A stretch of DNA of 63,393 nt, filler included, from Octopus bimaculoides (lineage: Eukaryota), in NCBI RefSeq assembly GCF_001194135.2. It is 5 parts of 4 records of this genome, joined end to end, with 100 filler letters (N's around TTAATTAATTAA, not from the genome) between each part and the next. Parts side by side here need not be neighbours in the genome. Positions count along the whole stretch, not along the records: positions 44,923 to 60,716 come from NC_068982.1; positions 60,817 to 63,393 come from NC_068982.1; 3 more parts are not named here. One strand, written 5' to 3'. This document shows positions 50,964 to 63,278 of the stretch, piece after piece. Numbering within the stretch: position 1 is the stretch's first letter; the number at the start of each line of letters is the position of its first letter. Both the position numbers and the translations under genes were made by a program. Under the pieces are notes generated by a model. The model had not been told where the DNA came from. It was given only the letters and a program-made list of their open reading frames with translations, and did no database searches.

Positions 50964-52671
50964 ATTATTATTATGATGATTTCTGGTTTATTATCTACGT
51001 CACGTCTCAGTTCCTTCCCGCAGCTTACAGACGAAACACTTTTCTCAGCGCATGTGTTGTTCCAAGTATTGCTGCCAACTATGTACTTCTTGTAAAGTTT
51101 GATATTTGCAGCTTTTCATGCCAAAACATTGCTTTCTTTGAGATGGTCCTAAGTGCATCGATCACAGTAGTTACTCCCTTTCTCGACTTTCTATTTCTGT
51201 CTTCACAATATTCTGGTCTGCAGGTATAGCTACGTCGATGAAGGGCCATTCCATGATATCTCGTCAGTTATGATATCTCGTCAGTCATGATATCTCGTCA
51301 GTTATGTTGCAGTTCCTTACCTGTTTAGATGGGCAAATCCCATGTTAGTTTCGCCTGCTACTAGCAAAAGTTGGTGCTCATACCATTTGCTGGAACATTC
51401 TAGCTACACAACTCCCATTGTACTTGCACTGCCACTTTGTTATGGTGTTCTTGTATTCCTTTTGAATCAGTTTTGAGCGTCCACTAATTATATGGCTAAT
51501 TATCTCAGATGATATTCACATACTCTACACAAAAGTGATACTGCAGTCTTGGCAATGCTACACTTGAGTTTGTTCGTAAAATTTGTTCTTGAGTAACAAG
51601 GATCAGTCCTTCTGTCTTATTCCTTAAAACTCCATGTCTGAATCATCCCCAGGATTCTTCATCAATTTCATACGATTTTTGTTGGGAAAACTCTTGTGTA
51701 TGACATTCTTTCCAGTTGATGTTCTTTTCTTTATTAGTCCGCATTTTGTACTCCTGGGGGGTCTACCATTATCACTAATCACTTCTCATTCACTGCAGCC
51801 TGTAACATTCTTTCATCGTTATTTCTCAGATAGGCATGCATGGATTTGATCTCCTTCACTATCCTCTATTCCAACCAGTCATTTTCCGCCTTCCTTCCTA
51901 GGTGAGTAAAGCCTTGCTACGTTACTTCTAGTACAAAGGCACCCTTGCATAGTTATTATCTTCTTATTTTTTCTGTCCATACTGACCAGTTCCCCTTTTG
52001 TCCATTCCACAATTACTGTGCAGTAGCATACCACACTCACAGCTCAAGCGTTGACACCTCTAATCAGGTTTCCTCCATTCAGCTTGGATCTACGTGACTT
52101 TTTCAATTTTCTGGTATATTCAGAAGAAACCTTTTCCTTCATTTTGGTGTTCATCATCTGGTTTAATTGTTAAGCACCAAGATATTTGTAGTCCGTTCCA
52201 TTCACTACTCTTACACACTCATCATCTAGAAGTTGTACTCCACTGTTGGTTACTCTTCACCCTCTCCTCAATTCAATAACAGCGCATTTATCTAGACCAA
52301 ATGCTATCTAGATATCATGTGAGAAAATTCTTACGGTCGGAATAAGGGAATTCAGTTGACTTTTGCTAGTTCCGTAAAGCTTCAAATGGTCCATAAACAG
52401 CAGCTGATTAATTAGTCTTATGTTCTGAAATTTGTAACCAACTCCCATCTTCCGCAAAGCCATGAATAGTAGTAATATACTAAAAATAAACAGCAGCGTT
52501 GACACCGAATCTTCTTGAAGGATTCCTCTCTTGATGTCAATTTGTCCAGTTACCCTTCCACCTGCTGTTAAAGCTGTCTTCCAGTTCCTCATACTGTTTT
52601 TGAATAAATATATCATATTTTTAACTTCCCTGATCATCACTAAATATTTTAGAATCCGGGAGTGGATATAT

Positions 52672-53059
52672 GAGTAGGCGTGGCTGTGTGGCAAGAAGCT
52701 TGTTTCCCAACCATATGGTTCCGAGTTCAGTCCCACTGTGTGGCACCTTGGTCAAGTGTCTTCTATTATAGCCTTGGGTTGACCAAAGCCTTGTGAGTGG
52801 ATTTGGTAGACGGAAACTGAAAATAACCCGTCGTGTGTGTGTGTGTGTGTGTGTGTGCCTTTTGTGTCTATGTTTGTTCCCTCATTACCACTTGACAACC
52901 GGTGTTGGTGTGTTTACGTCCCTGTAACATAGCGGTTCGACAAAAGAGATCGATAGGATAAGCACTAAGCTTTAAAAAATAAGTCCTGGAGTCGATTTGT
53001 TCGACTAAAACCCTCCAAGGCGGTACTCCAGGATGGCCGCGGTCAAATGACTGAAACAA
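52672..53059 (+). mobile_element. full-length SINE family B nested in the LINE RT
   Basis: gagtaggcgtggctgtgtggcaagaagcttgtttcccaacc ... ggtcaaatgactgaaacaa. Confidence 0.92.
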
Positions 53060-53517
53060 TTTTTTAAAAATAATAATCCTTCCTACAGTCAATCCAAGCC
53101 ATTGATACACTTGTCGACCTTCTCCAACAATTCCTCAAAATTGCTTTATCTATCAGCAACTGAGCCTTTTTGTTCATCGGTTACCAGTTTATTTCATTCA
53201 AGATGGTCGTACAATGTCTTTCCCGTTATTCCAGTTAGAAGCTTCCCCATTATAGGTAAACAAGCAATAGGGCGATAGTTACTGGCCACGGCACCCTTGG
53301 CTATCCTTCTGCATCAACACAGTTCTTCCTTTGGCCAGCTATTTGGGTACTATTCCTTGGTGTACACAGCCTTGCAGAAGTTTTTGTAGTTTAGAATGTA
53401 AATTCGTCAAACCCTTGAACTAAAAACCCTGAACTAGGTTCGGGCCAGCTGCCTTAATTTTTTTTCATCTTACCAACTCTTACTTGCATATCTTACAACC
53501 TGATGTTAATGACTTCT

Positions 53518-53726
53518 TGATGCTTCAGGGAGAAGAAAAGGTTACCATCATTGAAGTCATGTGATAGGGCAAAGCTAAGGTAAAAATTCTGGAAAAAGAA
53601 CGAAGTTGTTATGAGAATTCCAATTAAGGACATCATAGACTTAAATTCCTTGATGTATGCCACTGTTTATCTCATAACAGAGAAAATGGGAATGTTTAGA
53701 GAAAAGAAAGAACAACGAACCATTCT
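53518..53726 (+). repeat. inverted duplicate of 54151-54346 inserted in the LINE
   Basis: Matches the reverse complement of 54151-54346 except for a few substitutions, a 1-nt indel and an ~11-nt indel. Confidence 0.9.
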
Positions 53727-54989
53727 TTCTCCACTGAATTCTTTTTCCACTTCATGAAGCCTGAGAGTCCTGTTGTTGTATCTGATATCTTCTGACCAGA
53801 TCTTGCTCCAAAATGAAGTGGCTTCTGTGGGATCAGGTAACTCAACCTCTTCTTTTCCCTATCTCCACCATCCAGTGTCTCGTAGAACAGTTTCTGATTT
53901 GTTCTGAACAGCTGAATTTGTTTGGACTGTAGACATCTTCCCTCGTAATGTTTTACCTTAACTCCACTCGCTTTGATCTTCTTCTTTAACATATCCGAGA
54001 CAAAGAAAGTAGCATTATCTACCAGGTGGTAATTCTTATTCCTGTAGTTTTGTTCATTTTCATTGAGCCTCATATTTCCTCTCCTTACTTCCTTGATTTT
54101 ACATAAGTCCCTCTACCATCCATCAAAGCTTTCTTTTATTCTCCTTTCCCAGAATGGTTCTTTGTTCTTTCTTTTCTCTAAACATTCCCATTTTCTCTGT
54201 AATGGCACACATCAAGGAATTTAAGTCTATGATGTCCTTAATTGGAATTCTCATAACAACTTCGTTCTTTTTCCAGAGTTTTGACCTTAGCTTTGCCCTA
54301 TCACATGACTTCAATGATGGTAACCTTTTCTTCTCCTGAAGCATCACTTACAGAATTCTTTCTCGGAGAGTAGATAGTAGTAGGTTAATTTTTTCATGTG
54401 ATTCTCTAGTTTGAAGTTAGACTAAGGTCTTCTACAGATGGTACATTTTCTTCCTTCAAGTCCAAGATCTGTAGATTCTCTGGCTCAACAAATATCTCAT
54501 CTGGATCAGTCCCCTTAAGCTCATTATGTTAATTATAGTTTTTCCAGAGCTCTAGCAACCATTTCCTATAGCCCCGTTTCTCTAGCTCCCTCCAAATACA
54601 ACAGTCAAACAACAATTTGTTGCTCTCTTTTATCTATATAAATCTCCTTCGACGTTGTGGGTCAGCAGTAGTTTGATTACGACTTAGCAAGTACTGTTGT
54701 TCCACAGGACACCTGCCGGACGCAACGCATTCACTCAAAGCTCCAGTCTAATGAACGTCGTTAAGATTGCTTTCTATTATAGACATTTCTCTCATAAATA
54801 AGATGTTTTACGAGCAACCAGTAGTTACCTCGCACCATCATCACTAGACAGGTTGTCAGCCAAGACTTCCGAGAAGCCTGTCTACCTTCATTGAAGCTAA
54901 TTATCCTGCGTTGGACGCCGTCTGCAATTGGAGCATCGCTATTCAACAATCATATATTAGGTAACATATGCTATTTACATACATAGACA

Positions 54990-55031
<42 letters not shown>

Positions 55032-55109
55032 AACACACACACTCACACACACATAATAATATGATAATATGTATATATATATATATATAGACATACATAT
55101 GCATATATG

Positions 55110-55492
55110 GGTACAGGACGTCACCAACAGTAAACAACATGAAATTCGAAAATATTTCTCCAGAGTTCGCTATTTTACCCTCGTTCTGATCTAGCGACCC
55201 TCCATTTTTGTTTTCCTTCGGTTTCTTTCTATGTCTCCGCTGTCCTGTTTTTTCCCAACTTTGACCCTCCGTAAATCTAAAATTTTATTTTGATACTTAT
55301 GAGTGCAACTGTCTTCGAAGACATATTGTCGTTGAATGCTCGAAATGAGGAGTAGATAGACAGCCGACAACTGATGAAGGGCCATTCTTTGTGTTGCTTG
55401 TCCTGTTTTACATTTTTTCCTTTCGTTGTTTGCGTATTGAACTCATTTGTTTTCGTATTTCATGTTGTTTACCGTTGGTGACGTCTTGTACC
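55110..55492. mobile_element. 383-bp element bounded by 43-bp inverted repeats (MITE-like or paired Penelope-like ends)
   Basis: 55110-55152 versus the reverse complement of 55450-55492: 40/43 identical. TA lies just inside each end; gctcgaaa (55338) and ctgatgaagg (55371) are internal. Confidence 0.75.
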
Positions 55493-55543
55493 AATATATG
55501 CATATGTATTTATATGTGTGTGTGTGCGTGTAATATATATATG

Positions 55544-55589
<46 letters not shown>

Positions 55590-56069
55590 CACACGCACAC
55601 ATATACATATATATAGACCACACTTACATAAAAGTATTCAAAATAGGTAGTATTTTGAACACTTTTATGTAAACTGTTTAAACAAAAAGCCCCTCTTAAC
55701 AATTTTTTATCATTGTCAAAGATTTTATTTGTTAACATTTTCTTATCATTATCAAAGACTGTATAACTGTATTTTAATACAACTATGATAACCATTTTTT
55801 AACACAACAAAGGCTACACAAGGCCTTACATTTTACTTTTGAAAATCTCATTTTTAAAAAAGTGAAACCGGTCAAGTCAATAAACATCTTTAAAAGACCT
55901 CTGCATTTTCAAATCCCCTTTCCTATATGTGTATGTGAGTGTGTGTATGTATGTATGTATGTATGTATGTATGTACATATATGTACATATATCATGTCAC
56001 GTGAAGCAGCGTTGAATGACATATACTTGTGCAAAATCATATTTAACACATTCAAGTGTTTTTAGACGT

Positions 56070-56900
56070 GAGAAGTCCATTCGGTGCAGAAATAGTTCTA
56101 GAAGAAACTTCTCTTTCTAGACATGGTTGAATGTTTTGGCTATGAATGACGTCATTGGATCGTAAGACACATTCTTTTATTTTTTTTTTTCATTTTTTTT
56201 TTNNNNNNNNNNGGGGCTCTTTCAGTTCGTCAACTACAAACAACAGATTTGTCTCTGCCTGACAAGAACGAATTTATTCTTATTAAAACAACATATGGTA
56301 CGCTTGCTGGTGTATGTAATGTTTGGTGAAGTCAGAATTTAATAATGTCGCACGAATACCGTTGAATAAAATATAATTGTGTAAAGTTGTATTTAATAAG
56401 TTCGAATGCATTTGAACATGAAAAGCCCTTCCGGTGCGGAAACTGTCCCGGAAGCAAATAATGACATATATTCTTTTCTACTCTAGGCATAAGGCCTGAA
56501 ATTTTGGGAGGGGGTCAGTCGATTACATCGACCCCAGTACGCAATTGGTACTTAATTCATTGACTCCGCAAGGATGAAACGCAAAGTCGACCTCGGCGGA
56601 ATTTGAACTCAGACCGTAAAGACAGACAAAATACCGCTAAGCATTTCACCCGACATGCTAACGTTTCTGCCAGCTCGCTGCCTTGCAATAGACCAGATAT
56701 TGTGGTACAAAATCATCAAGACGACATATATTGCGCTGTTAATGACGTTATTGGATCGTGGAACGCATGGCTTTCTCCGTTCTTCGCGTCGTCAACTTCG
56801 AACTCCAAATTTGTTTATCATACCCTGATAAGAACGAATTTATTCTTATTAAGATAGCATACGGTACATTTGCTGATGTGCGTAAATCTTGGTCAATGTA
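56070..56900. repeat. two diverged ~350-bp tandem units, the second interrupted by a SINE
   Basis: gagaagtccattcggtgcagaaa (56070) ~ gaaaagcccttccggtgcggaaa (56420); ctgacaagaacgaatttattcttattaa (56259) ~ ctgataagaacgaatttattcttattaa (56825). Confidence 0.7.
56471..56684 (-). mobile_element. SINE family C
   Basis: gatgaaacgcaaagtcgacctcggcggaatttgaactcagacc...gccagctcgctgcc. Confidence 0.9.
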
Positions 56901-57304
56901 GAATAAATAAGATTTTCCCTGCCAACATTCCGTTCAGATTTATGAAAGTAATAAGACTGAGTCATTTTTTAAAATAAATTAGTCGGAGAGGAAAGTCATT
57001 GCAAAGATTCATACGATTCACAACCTGATGCAGCTGATGCCCTGCCAGATCATCTCTCAGTCAATGCCTGGAGCAAAGGCATGAGAAGCGGAAGGGAGCT
57101 AGATTTCTGCTGAAAATACTTCCAACAAAATAAACTCCGCTAAAGGCCTACAACAGCCCTTGAGAGCTAATATGTATTTAATTAGGGACACACTGCACAG
57201 CTCAGGGAACCGGATTCTAACCACATTTCAACGGTCCAATATAGACGTCCAGTATATTCGACTATTCGACTACCTCTATCGAAAATTAGTCCCTGCATGT
57301 AAAC

Positions 57305-57610
57305 TCAGTTGTGAGCAAGCATAGCCGAAGGGTGAAGACGTACACTTTGCAACCAGAGAATCCGGAGTTCGACCCAATGGCGTGGACTCTTTGGCAAGTG
57401 TCTTCAACAATGAGCTCGGATCGATCCAATCTTTGTGAATGAAACTGGGTAGAATGGAGACTGTAGAATGGAGACCTTTTGGATGGACTACGCCAGTAAT
57501 TCAAAGGCCCAGTTTGTCCCACACTGTGTCACAATGATTCTGTCGGCAGCTTTCGTTAACAGTGCACGTATCGCTGGAATACTCAGCCTGTTACACGTTA
57601 ATTTTATATG
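57305..57610 (+). mobile_element. diverged chimeric SINE (family B head plus family A 3' body)
   Basis: ggagttcgacccaatggcgtggactctttggcaagtgtcttc then gtaattcaaaggcccagtttgtcccacactgtgtcac...cacgttaattt. Confidence 0.65.
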
Positions 57611-57676
57611 TTCAGTGAATTGACGGAGGATTTATTTGTTTATCTATCTATGTATCTATCTGTCTATTTATCTATC

Positions 57677-57726
<50 letters not shown>

Positions 57727-58501
57727 GTATGAACAAATTGAGAGGCAAATCCAAAATGAAGGAGACAAATAGTGAAACAAACATTACTTGAAATAACCTC
57801 CATGTTGTGCTTGATGTGAAGAGAAGGAGGGAGAGAGGAGAGTTGGTGACGTAGGAGGAGAAGGAGGGAGATGGAAGAAGGAGGAGCAACAGCAGCAGCA
57901 GAGGCGAGGAGGAGTGGATGACAAGATAGAAATCTTCAAAATCATACAAAATGATGCAATGTCAATCTATAATCTTTAAGCTCAGCTTTCTTTTAGAATG
58001 GTTGTATCTTAAAAGCGTTTATGTGTGTATGTGCCAACGTATCTGCATATACGTATGTACGTTTGTATTTTTATTTGTATGTATGATATGTATGTATGTG
58101 AATTAGACACGTCGCCGATGCGATAAACTTGATCTGTCCTCTTACATTACACTTCGTTTCTCGATCTTTTGTCGTGTTTGTCGAGTCGAAATGATTCGCC
58201 CGTACAAGCAAAACCTAATCCTGCTTAAAGAACTTGAGGAGAAGACACGGATGGAGTCAGTTGATTCCAGATTCTGCATAGGTGTAGGTGGGTGTGAGTG
58301 GTTCATGTTTCCTTTTCTGCATATGTATATGTATCCGAGTTTGTATATGTCTATTTGCGTGTAAACATATATGTGTGCGTTGTGTGTGTATGTGTGTATG
58401 TATGTATATATATATATGTGTGTGTATGTATATATATATGTGTGTGTGTGTGTGTGTGGCGATTTTCTTTCTCCGTCTTCCCTTCTTTGGACTTCTTCTA
58501 T

Positions 58502-58536
58502 ATTTCTGATGAAGAGCTCCGCTCGAAACGTGAAAT
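58502..58536 (+). ncRNA. minimal type I hammerhead ribozyme motif in a Penelope-like end (cleavage triplet GUG, probably inactive)
   Basis: ATTT-CTGATGA-A-GAGC tcc GCTC-GAAA-CGT-G-AAAT: stem I ATTT/AAAT, stem II GAGC/GCTC, palindromic ACGT helix III. Confidence 0.65.
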
Positions 58537-58904
58537 CTTTCTTTTCTTTCCTTTCCTGAGCGTCCAATAACACTGTACTTATTCCACGTCCTCGCGTTGT
58601 TGTTTTTTCTTGGTTGTTCATGTTTGGATTGACTATTTATATATATAAATAAATAAATATAAATAAATATATATATATATATATTCATTTACAGAGAGAG
58701 AAAGGGGATCAGAGATCAGAAAGATACGTGTATGTTGATGCATGCNNNNNNNNNNNNNNNNNNNNNNNNNNNNNNNNNNNNNNNNNNNNNNNNNNNNNNN
58801 NNNNNNNNNNNNNNNNNNNNNNNNNNNNNNNNNNNNNNNNNNNNNNNNNNNNNNNNNNNNNNNNNNNNNNNNNNNNNNNNNATATACATATATTCCTTTA
58901 CATG

Positions 58905-59051
58905 CTTCGGTCATTGAACTGCGACCATACTGGCGCTCTAAAGGGTTTAATCGACCGGGGCTCTTAAAGGGTTTAATAGACCAAATCCACCCAAATAGTT
59001 TTTTGTTGTTTTTTTTTTACTTTTTTAAAAATCAATACTAAGACCAGCATA

Positions 59052-59100
<49 letters not shown>

Positions 59101-59265
59101 CATATATGGATACGGCGGGATTCATACAGTTTCCGTCTACCAGATTCACTCACAGAGCATTGGTCAACTCGGGGCAATAGCAGAAGACACTTGCCCAGGG
59201 TACGGCGCGCAGAGTCTGAGCCCAAAATCATGTGGTTGCAAGGCGAATTTCTTAACCACACTGCT
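58905..59265 (-). mobile_element. SINE family B, diverged
   Basis: cagtttccgtctaccagattcactcacagagcattggtcaactcggggc...cttaaccacactgc. Confidence 0.8.
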
Positions 59266-59846
59266 ACGGTTATCTATTAGCTGTAAAGATATATATATAT
59301 AAATATATATATATATACATACACACATACATACATATATATGCTTATATACATTTATACAAATGTGTGCGCATACTTACACACATACATACGATGACTC
59401 ACGCATACGCAGTTATGCATACTTTTACACATTCACACATGCATACATACATACGTACATATATACATACATAGATAAATGTGCATAAGCATATATATGT
59501 ATGTATGTATGCATGTATGTATGTATGTATGCATGTGTGAATGTGTAAAAGCATGCATAACTGGGTATGCGTGAGTCATCGTATGCATGTGTGTAAGTAT
59601 GCGCACACATTTGTATATTTCTTTGCAATGTCGTCTGCCTCGTTTTACTTAGTGATTATCATCGAATGTTTTTTGTCTCCTTTTCAATATCTTTATTTTT
59701 ATTACATCATCTCTTGCTTCTTTGCATTTTCTTTTCGTTTATGCTTTTGCATATTTCTTTCATTCATCATTTTACTTTCTTTTCACCAACTCTTACCCCA
59801 CCTATCTCTCTCTCTCTATCTCTCTCTCTCTATCTCTCTCTCTCTA

Positions 59847-59914
<68 letters not shown>

Positions 59915-60320
59915 TCTCTCAACCACACATTCTCACCTCTTTCAACCACACATTTTCCCCTCTTTCTGTCCTCTCTTTCTCTATCTCCACTCTCACTAAA
60001 CCGTCTTTCTACATCTTTCTCGTAGTATCCCACTTATGTTTTATCTGTTCTTTCTGTATTGTGATTCTTTCTTAATCTTTTAAAGTAGTGATTTCTCGAC
60101 GTTTCTACGCGCTTTCGTATGCATACCTCTACGCATACACATACGTCGCGACAACAGTACTGAGTGTTAAATGTTTACTTTTAAAAACAACGTGTGTATG
60201 TGTGTGTGCACATATGTATATATGGGGTGTATGTACATATATATATATGTATGAATGTATGCATGTAGGTCTGTATAACTCGATAATATATATGCTGTCT
60301 ACTTGTGTATATGTATGAAC

Positions 60321-60365
<45 letters not shown>

Positions 60366-60368
<3 letters not shown>

Positions 60369-60630
60369 GTTTCTTTATTAGCCACACAGGGCTCAACACA
60401 GAGGGGACAAAAAACAAATATAGAGTTTTTTCTTTTCGAGGGGGGCGAAAACAAAGCAGAAAAAAAAAACAAAAGTGGGGACAACGATGAAAAAAAATAC
60501 ATCGCAAAACGTTTGGGGTATTTACAAAATATACGAAATAATACAGAAAATTCTCAATAAATGGGGAAGTTATCCGTGGAAAGAATAACCTACGAAAAGA
60601 CCACGGTAACCTCGGTCCTTAGTGTCACAG
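60366..60630 (-). mobile_element. 3' end of a Tx1/L1-like LINE abutting (GATA)n
   Basis: The reverse complement ends ccctgtgtggctaataaagaaa-(ctat)n, as at 33395-33412. Confidence 0.5.
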
Positions 60631-60716
60631 TCTGTTAAATAAAATTTCTTTTATTTATGCAAGAAACGTAAGTAACTCTCTGTTTACAAAATTTTAAAAC
60701 GTTTTATAGAATCATG

Positions 60717-60816
60717 NNNNNNNNNNNNNNNNNNNNNNNNNNNNNNNNNNNNNNNNNNNNTTAATTAATTAANNNNNNNNNNNNNNNNNNNNNNNNNNNN
60801 NNNNNNNNNNNNNNNN
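60717..60816. other. artificial contig linker
   Basis: 44 N + TTAATTAATTAA (60761-60772) + 44 N. Confidence 0.95.
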
Positions 60817-60824
60817 TATATATA

Positions 60825-60977
60825 CAGGTTGTCCAGAAACTTTCACCCGGTTTTTATTTTGTTGTACATTGTTTCATTCGTAGTTATTATTGATCATTTT
60901 TCTATACAATAAAATTAATTGAAAAACCCACAATACTTTTGAAAATAAGAAGCGGGCGAAATTTTTGGGACACCCTG
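60825..60977. mobile_element. 153-bp Tc1/mariner-type MITE
   Basis: caggttgtccagaaactttcacccggtttttatttt versus cagggtgtcccaaaaatttcgcccgcttcttatttt (right end, reverse complement): 29/36. TA on the left, CA on the right. Confidence 0.7.
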
Positions 60978-62426
60978 CATATACATACATACATACATAC
61001 ATATATACATACATACGTACACGCATACTCTCATAGACAAAGATATATAAATGCATATATACTAACGATAAAACAGATTCTCTGGAATAATATAGTCTCG
61101 TATCTTATTCTTATTTTACATAAAACAAAACCACCGAATTTCTTCAATATCTCCAGCCCAGGCACGTCTAACATATATGTAAACTTATATTCTGAATAAT
61201 GAATACAAACTAAGCGTGAGCTGTCAGATCTCATCAATAATGCATCTGGAACAGAATGAACTGACATAGCACTTATGCGAAATATATTTCTTAGGCGTAG
61301 TATACGTATAATCAGTAATTTTATTGATAATCTAAAGTAATAGTTGTATTTATTTTATCGATCAAATTCCAAACTGGAAGCTTTTACATTTGACATCAAT
61401 TACCCACTCCGATCCAGCACACTACAAACACTTTCAGTCAATGTTCCATGACACATTAGATTTATATCAAGACGTGTTAAACTTTCCTGAACTATACTAT
61501 GGTTTCCAATAAAACATACAAGGCAACTAGAGTGGTTTTCAGTAAATTACTTAGAGATAGATATATAGAGAGATGGGTAGATCGATCGATCGATAGATAT
61601 ATAGATAGATAGATAGTAACCAAGATTGTGGAGTGGTCGGACATGAAGATATAAATTAATTCTCACTTTGTGATAAACGAGTCAGGGCTGCATATGTCTG
61701 AACTGATATTCGTAATAGACAACAAAGTTAAAATTTGCTGCTTAGTATCCTTACACTTCAATGTCTCTATTTAAGACAATTAATTGTCAATATTCAATTC
61801 AGAATACAAGGTCATTGCTTACAGATTTCTCCTTTGTGAGACTTGACAGCACAGTGAAAACAAACGAAACCTTTGCTGGATGGCTGTTATTACGATAAAT
61901 TCGCTTGGTCTGAAGAGGTCTCCGCTCTATAACACAAATATATCATAGAGAAACCAACGAATCGTAAAAGTAGATAAAAAAGTGTTTCTTTTAAGAAAGC
62001 TTAGAAAATTGAGGAAACATTACATTTTATGTCTTTTCAATATCATATTTTTCTCACTCTCAAACTTCTTGACGTTCATTCTATAGGCTCCGATGTTAAT
62101 GAATAGGCTAGCAAACACAACGACATAGCTTATGAATAGTTATGAATTCAAATAACTTACAAATATGTTCAAGATTTTTCTTAAAGCTAAATACTCATAT
62201 GTAAAATATCAAGGCTTATCTAAATAACAGAAGCCACAATATTCGTGTAGATTTCTTTACTACGAGAAACAACAGTCAGCCTTAGTTTTTAAATGTCCGT
62301 AAAATGTTTCATACTCAAAATTAAAGTCATAATTTTTAAGAACAATAATTCTTCACATTGTTCGAACGAAGAAACAGTATACACAAATAATTGCCTTATA
62401 CACAAATAGTTGCCTTAAAAATCAAT

Positions 62427-62558
62427 TCTACTATAGACACAAGGCCACCAATTTGGGGAAGGAGAATAGTCGATTACATCGACCCCAGTGTTCCACTAGT
62501 ACCTAATTTAACGACCTCGAAGGGATGAAAGGCTGAGTCCACCGCGGCGGGCTTTGAA
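62427..62558 (-). mobile_element. SINE family C, 3' part
   Basis: agtcgattacatcgaccccagtg...gggatgaaaggctgagtccaccgcggcgg. Confidence 0.8.
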
Positions 62559-62739
62559 TAATTGCTTTAATGATAACATTTTCTTTGAGCTGACAGAAAT
62601 GAAAAAGGAAATTGGGTCACGATGGGAATTGAACTGATTTTTAAAAAAGTGTGTGAAATTTACACAAAAAGAACCCATATAATCCGAACAAATTTTATTT
62701 TAAGGGAAGGTGAGCTAACTAAAATTTCGGGAACATATA

Positions 62740-63240
62740 TTCGTAAAAGAGAAGGAAATTATAGACCGGATGTTACGGTAGTGAGAAGATACAATAGTAG
62801 TGAAAAATAAAAAAGAGGAAATTTGAAACAAAGTTGGAACATACTTCACAATGACACAAAGGTTAAAATTAGATAAACATGATAAGTATCATATTTCAGA
62901 AAGCATTGTAGTCAAAATAAAGAAATTAAGAAGGTATTGATAAGACTATTGATAAGAAAATACTAGACAAGATAAATTCAGAAACCATTTTAAAACTAGA
63001 ATTAAACATTCTTCAGTCCCAGTCATTTGCAATTTCTAAAATATCTATTTATAAATATGTAAGTACATATTAGAGTGTTTTTTTTTCTCCGTGTTTTTCT
63101 CCTTGTCTCCGTATTCTTTCTGTTGAAGAGCGTAGCTCGAAACGTCAAAGACTTTCCGTATTCCCGAGCGTCATACTAATACATCCTTTTGTTATTTACA
63201 CCAACTGTCCTCGTCTGTTGTTGTTTTTTCGTATATTCTC

Positions 63241-63243
<3 letters not shown>
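62740..63243 (+). mobile_element. Penelope-like element 3' remnant with terminal repeat
   Basis: VVRRYNS..LKQSWNILHNDTKVK weakly recalls the Penelope RT-GIY linker (YNP..WHIL.D); followed by a hammerhead-bearing end and (TA)n. Confidence 0.45.
63115..63151 (+). ncRNA. minimal type I hammerhead ribozyme motif (core variant CUGUUGA, GUC cleavage triplet)
   Basis: TCTTT-CTGTTGA-A-GAGC gta GCTC-GAAA-CGTC-AAAGA: stem I TCTTT/AAAGA, stem II GAGC/GCTC. Confidence 0.65.

Positions 63244-63278
<35 letters not shown>

Larger units (their letters stand above)
51000..54620 (-). mobile_element. decayed R4/Dong-like LINE (RT plus restriction-like endonuclease)
   Basis: The minus strand gives KQIQLFRTNQKLFYETL, KGRTVLMQKD..ASNYRPIACLP, IDIKRGILQEDSVSTLLF, INQLLFMDHLKLYG and AILGTTHALRK. 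It is interrupted by a SINE and an inverted duplication. Confidence 0.85.
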
